NCBI GenBank assembly: GCA_012799075.1
Contig: JAAZLZ010000138.1
Coordinates: 1-33,110, forward strand
Direction of reading: 5' to 3'
DNA from: Bacillota bacterium
Lineage (GTDB): Bacteria; Bacillota; Limnochordia; JAAZLZ01
DNA length: 33,110 bases
The notes under the pieces are model-generated. The model was not told the DNA's origin, did no database searches, and saw nothing but the letters and a program-made list of their open reading frames with translations. Within the stretch, counting starts at the first letter, position 1, and the number at the start of each line of letters is the position of its first letter. Positions 32,855 through 33,110 of the stretch are shown one piece after another. The position numbers and the translations under genes are program-made.

Positions 32855-33110
32855 TTAAGTCCTGCCATGTCGCCATCGGTTTCTTCTTGGGCCTCTTCGC
32901 GGCCGGCCCCGGCCAATGGGTGTCTGTCTACAGATGCCTGGACAAGGCATCACGGCAATGGCTCCTGCTTCAGCCCTGCGCAGGCCAAGCCGACAGCCCC
33001 GGGCGCAAATGACCATGGGATCGCCTAGGGGAGCTGCCCCTTCGACAATTACTTCCGTGCCCGGCGTGAGCCCCATATCCATCAGTCGCCTTCTGAGGGG
33101 CCCCTGGCAA
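32855..33110 (-). CDS. feoA: FeoA-family protein (5' end beyond the window), with an atypical Arg/Cys-rich C-terminal extension
   Basis: The reading frame is open to the window edge. LRRRLMDMGLTPGTEVIVEGAAPLGDPMVICARGCRLGLRRAEAGAIAV is the FeoA SH3-like core. It sits 24 nt upstream of feoB. Confidence 0.8.
   Translation of the reverse strand, partial: CQGPLRRRLMDMGLTPGTEVIVEGAAPLGDPMVICARGCRLGLRRAEAGAIAVMPCPGICRQTPIGRGRPRRGPRRNRWRHGRT

Overview
This window looks like a chromosomal segment from an endospore-forming Firmicute (Clostridia-like), with roughly 55-60% GC in the core genes. All calls rest on motif recognition, synteny recall and reading the DNA by hand; no database search was possible.

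The first ~15 kb is the conserved origin-proximal housekeeping and sporulation cluster known from Bacillus subtilis. In order it holds csfB/gin, a yaaO-like decarboxylase, an R3H/SpoIIIAA-like ATPase, tmk, yaaR, holB, ricT (yaaT), rsmI, abrB on the minus strand, T-box-controlled metG, and tatD. An XRE-TPR regulator, an MBL-fold hydrolase, a secreted repeat protein, a GlsB-type membrane protein, a Cof-type HAD hydrolase and a sugar nucleotidyltransferase are interspersed.

The second half (16.1-33.1 kb) is a metal or metallophore acquisition region:
- 16.1-23.65 kb: an unusual seven-gene operon. It combines a type-II (BtuCDF/Fhu-like) ABC importer having one ATPase, one permease and two paralogous binding proteins with a COG1180/AmmeMemoRadiSam-like radical SAM enzyme and two paralogous ~385-aa cytoplasmic proteins of a family I cannot recognise. 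This is the best candidate for an undescribed system.
- 23.7-23.9 kb: tRNA-Lys(UUU) and tRNA-Glu(UUC).
- 23.98-25.68 kb: an ABC-2 exporter pair.
- 25.86-29.29 kb: an FmdE-domain protein heading a second FecCD/FepC/FecB-type importer.
- 29.3-33.1 kb: an S41-peptidase lipoprotein, then feoB and a 5'-truncated feoA.

No CRISPR array, transposase, integrase or rRNA was seen.
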